Assembly (NCBI GenBank): GCA_963740315.1
Contig: CAVUDP010000002.1
Span: forward strand, 3,264,001-3,328,000
Source of the DNA: an uncultured cyanobacterium
GTDB lineage: Bacteria > Cyanobacteriota > Cyanobacteriia > Cyanobacteriales > Nostocaceae
DNA: 64,000 nt
Direction of reading: 5' to 3'
The number at the start of each line of letters is the position of its first letter. The first letter of the stretch is position 1. Shown one piece after another: positions 61,041 to 64,000 of this stretch. The translations under genes were made by a program, and so were the position numbers. The notes below the pieces were generated by a model. That model was not told where the DNA came from. It was given only the letters and a program-made list of their open reading frames with translations, and made no database searches.

Positions 61041-61044
61041 TTGT

Positions 61045-61403
61045 TAGTAGTTAATTGCATTAAATTTGATGGGTTCGTAGTAAGGACTTTAGTCCTAAAT
61101 CCGGAGCGAGTACAGCGCTTACTACGAACTTTGTTACTTATCAGAACTAATGCAAAGGGCTACTAGTAGTTCATTACATAAGTTATAAGAAGTTTGTAGT
61201 AAGGACTTTAGTCCTCACATGGAAGCGAGTACAGCGCTTACTACGAACTTTGTTACTTATCAGAACTAATGCAAAGGGCTACTAGTAGTTCATTACATAA
61301 GTTATAAGAAGTTTGTAGTAAGGACTTTAGTCCTAAATCCGGAGCGAGTACAGCGCTTACTACGAACCTTATTACCCTTCATATTTAATGTGGTGGAGTA
61401 CTA
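61045..61403. mobile_element. Three head-to-tail 119-bp MITEs joined at shared TA dinucleotides
   Basis: TA at 61045, 61164, 61283 and 61402 (exact 119-nt period). Each unit carries a 57-nt palindrome (61073-61129, 61192-61248, 61311-61367). Confidence 0.75.
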
Positions 61404-61523
61404 TTGGTCCGTCACATTAGTTTTGAGGGGTGTATCCTAAAAACAGAAAGTTTTCTCTTCCCCCTCTTCCCCCTCTTCCCCCTCTCCCCCCTCACTATTA
61501 GCGATCGCCAATTTCCAATTAAT

Positions 61524-61552
61524 AAGGGTACGGCGAATATTGCCGTACCCTT
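61524..61552. terminator. Hairpin between the convergent glsF and deacetylase genes
   Basis: AAGGGTACGGC-N7-GCCGTACCCTT perfect 11-bp stem. Confidence 0.65.
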
Positions 61553-61622
61553 TCATTTATTAGCCATTGACGCTGAATTCTATTTGTAATAATCAATTAA
61601 TAGGGATTCTTTGAGATAACAA

Positions 61623-62537
61623 CTATTTTTTATTTTGCGCTGTTACTGTCTTTTTAGACTTCTCTTCATGCTCTAACAACTCTGGAATAGTCACAAAACG
61701 ATAACCTTGCTTTTTCAATTTGCTTATCATTGTTGGTAAAGCAGCAACAGTATTTTTGCGAGGACCACCACCATCATGCAACAGTACAATACCACCAGGG
61801 CTTGACTGTTTGATAACTCTATTCACCAACGTAGGAGCCGAAGGAAGCGCGTAATCCATAGAATCAGCAGACCACATGACCACGGTATAATTTTTACTTT
61901 TTGCATAGGCAGCTAAGCCATTGTGTAAAATTCCACCGGGGGGACGAAACAAAGTAGTTCTGGTACCTGTAGTTTTATAAATCAGGTCTGAGGTACGGTC
62001 AATTTCTAGTGCTGCCGCTTGTTTATTAAAGAAATGATACCAATGGTGCCAAGTATGATTACCGATAGTATGACCTTCAGTTACTATTCGCTTTCCTAAA
62101 TCGGGATGTCTTTGGAGTACTTGTCCAACAACAAAAAACGTTGCTTTAATTTTATTTTTTTTCAATATTTCCAGTATCTGAGCAGTATATCCGGGCCAAG
62201 GTCCATCATCAAAGGTAAGGGCTATTAACTTATCATCTTTAGCTAATTTTGCTTGCTTGATTGTTTTCCCTTCAAAGCTTTTTGGCACTGTATGGAAGAC
62301 ACCTTTAGATACCGCTTCCTGCTGCCAAGTGGCAAGCATTGCGCTTTTAAAATCTTTGATACGAGAAAGCGAACCAGATTCTGCTGTGACATTTTCAGCT
62401 TTAGCAAGCGGCTTACTACTTGCATTCGTAAAATCTCGGTTGATAGGCACCATCAACCCAAGCGCGAAACTACCACACAAAGCAGTAAGGGCTATTAATA
62501 TTCCTTGAGGCAAGGCTAACGACTTCTTATTTTCCAC
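61623..62537 (-). CDS. Polysaccharide deacetylase (NodB/CE4)
   Basis: ALTFDDGP, GNHTWHH, FRPPGG and IVLLHDGGG motifs with an N-terminal TM. The likely start is GTG at 62537. Confidence 0.92.
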   Translation of the reverse strand: MENKKSLALPQGILIALTALCGSFALGLMVPINRDFTNASSKPLAKAENVTAESGSLSRIKDFKSAMLATWQQEAVSKGVFHTVPKSFEGKTIKQAKLAKDDKLIALTFDDGPWPGYTAQILEILKKNKIKATFFVVGQVLQRHPDLGKRIVTEGHTIGNHTWHHWYHFFNKQAAALEIDRTSDLIYKTTGTRTTLFRPPGGILHNGLAAYAKSKNYTVVMWSADSMDYALPSAPTLVNRVIKQSSPGGIVLLHDGGGPRKNTVAALPTMISKLKKQGYRFVTIPELLEHEEKSKKTVTAQNKK

Positions 62538-63489
62538 CAGACACGGCTCCTTCAAGATCCTACCGCCATTCACGGATATGACGGTAAGTTATAACACAGT
62601 TTCTCTATTTCTTTGTTACCCGATTAATTTCTAATAATCCTGAAAAATTAAACAGAGGTTAACAGAAGTTTGCCTTTAAAGGCGGATCGATTAAACTTTA
62701 CTTAACTTTAAATTTCAGACTTTGTTAATTAAAATTTACTACAGCTAGCAATAAGCAAATACACCACGCATTTGGTATAAGTTTCACTGTAATCCAGGTT
62801 TATTTTACCTTTTAGAAATAATTTGTCTATTTTAAAAAAAGTTAAACTTTTAACAAGACGCTGTACAAAAGAATTTGGTTTCATCTAGTTAGAAGATAAC
62901 CTAGCGTCCAATCTAAACGATCGCGAAGCAATTTAAATAGAAAAATTTTATTATTTGCATAAACAAGTTAAATACATTAGTACTAATATATTTGCTACTT
63001 CAAGCTGATAGTTGCCTACTTAAATTAAAGTTCGGTAATTAATGTAAATGAGTCAAAGTTCTAACACATTAATAATGACAAATACATATTTTAATGCAGA
63101 CAGTAGAAACACTGAAATTATTAACGTTTGAAGATTCTTCTGTAGATTCGCACTTTAGTATCAACTTATTTAACCATTTTAGGGGCAGTATTCTTGTAAT
63201 ACAACATACATATAGAATTTTCTTTATTAGGATAATTTGATATTTACCAAGTCTAGAGTTACTGCTATATATATAACTTCTAATAACAGCGAAATAATAG
63301 CCTTATTAATTTTGGGTAATAAAACTATTCAGTGTATTAATAAAATCGTTGTAGAAATATAAGGCTGCTTCCAAATTTATCCGAGCTAATCCGCGCCGAC
63401 GGCAACCCGTTAGATAGATGTACATCAAAAAGTATATAACAAAACATCACTTTCGATCGGCGATCTAACTTTATTTATCAATAATTTTT

Positions 63490-64000
63490 TCAAGCTACCC
63501 ATTGATTGTGGGCAAATTGTACGGCTAAACTTGCTAACAAAATGGCGAAAAATCCGGTAATGGCGTACCCCCAAGCACGATAACGGTTAAGACATAATCC
63601 CAAAGCAAAAGACAAGGAAACAATACCATAAGCGTAGCGCTCTACAGAAGCTGTAAGTCCAGTATTAAGTATTAAAGCATACGAAAAGAACCCATAAACA
63701 ACAGCAACTAAAGGGATTTTAGCCCGCGAATACCATAATAAATAAAGTCCACCGAAGACAATAGCTATTTTAATTAAAGGTATTTTTGCAAATGGATTAG
63801 AATCATTTAGCCATAATGGTTCACCTATACCCAACCATAATAATAACCAGAAAAAATATAGTACACCGCGTAAATTTGTCTCGGCTAATTTTTGACGAAA
63901 GCGCCATAGTAAAAAACCGCCAACAACAATTAATCCAAATAATAGCGGAGAGCCTAATACAATTTGCATTAACATATTCCACCAGCCTTTAGCAGCGAAT
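63490..64000 (-). CDS. 3' part of a GT-C / PIG-V-like mannosyltransferase membrane protein (5' end outside the window)
   Basis: The frame is open to the window edge; multiple TM helices, SVERYAY and a terminal QWVA. Confidence 0.65.
   Translation of the reverse strand, partial: FAAKGWWNMLMQIVLGSPLLFGLIVVGGFLLWRFRQKLAETNLRGVLYFFWLLLWLGIGEPLWLNDSNPFAKIPLIKIAIVFGGLYLLWYSRAKIPLVAVVYGFFSYALILNTGLTASVERYAYGIVSLSFALGLCLNRYRAWGYAITGFFAILLASLAVQFAHNQWVA

Noticed and set aside
61073..61367. CRISPR array
   Set aside because: The spacers are identical, the repeats are 57 nt and no cas genes are present. Tandem MITEs explain it better.

Overview
Chromosomal segment of a heterocyst-forming cyanobacterium (Nostocales-like). 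The evidence is frequent HIP1 GCGATCGC octamers, many STRR heptamer/octamer arrays, and a devBCA operon with a canonical NtcA promoter next to pcyA. Most of the window is core genome: devBCA, pcyA, clpS, rne-rnhB, pheA, rpsL-rpsG-fusA-tuf-rpsJ, an IscA-family gene, glsF and two radical SAM genes. The most striking accessory feature is an apparent relic integron at about 17.0-20.1 kb that the ORF track does not show. It has an 84-bp C-terminal remnant of an integron integrase (KYVKTTMIYPSVLNRGDKAVRSPLDS*) and an attI-like simple site. A divergently oriented run of cassette-like genes (DUF4279, WD40, antitoxin-VapC) ends in a GCATAAC inverse core, and a RelE toxin pseudogene lies on the other side. 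Other accessory features are a complete IS607-family element with an intact TnpB and definable ends, three head-to-tail 119-bp MITEs, several small palindromic repeats (one in frame inside a gene), a candidate 90-nt structured RNA and an aminosugar operon. Two single-base lesions are visible: a frameshift in fusA (probably a sequence error) and a nonsense codon in a DUF1997 gene. All family assignments come from motif recognition by eye; no database searches were run.
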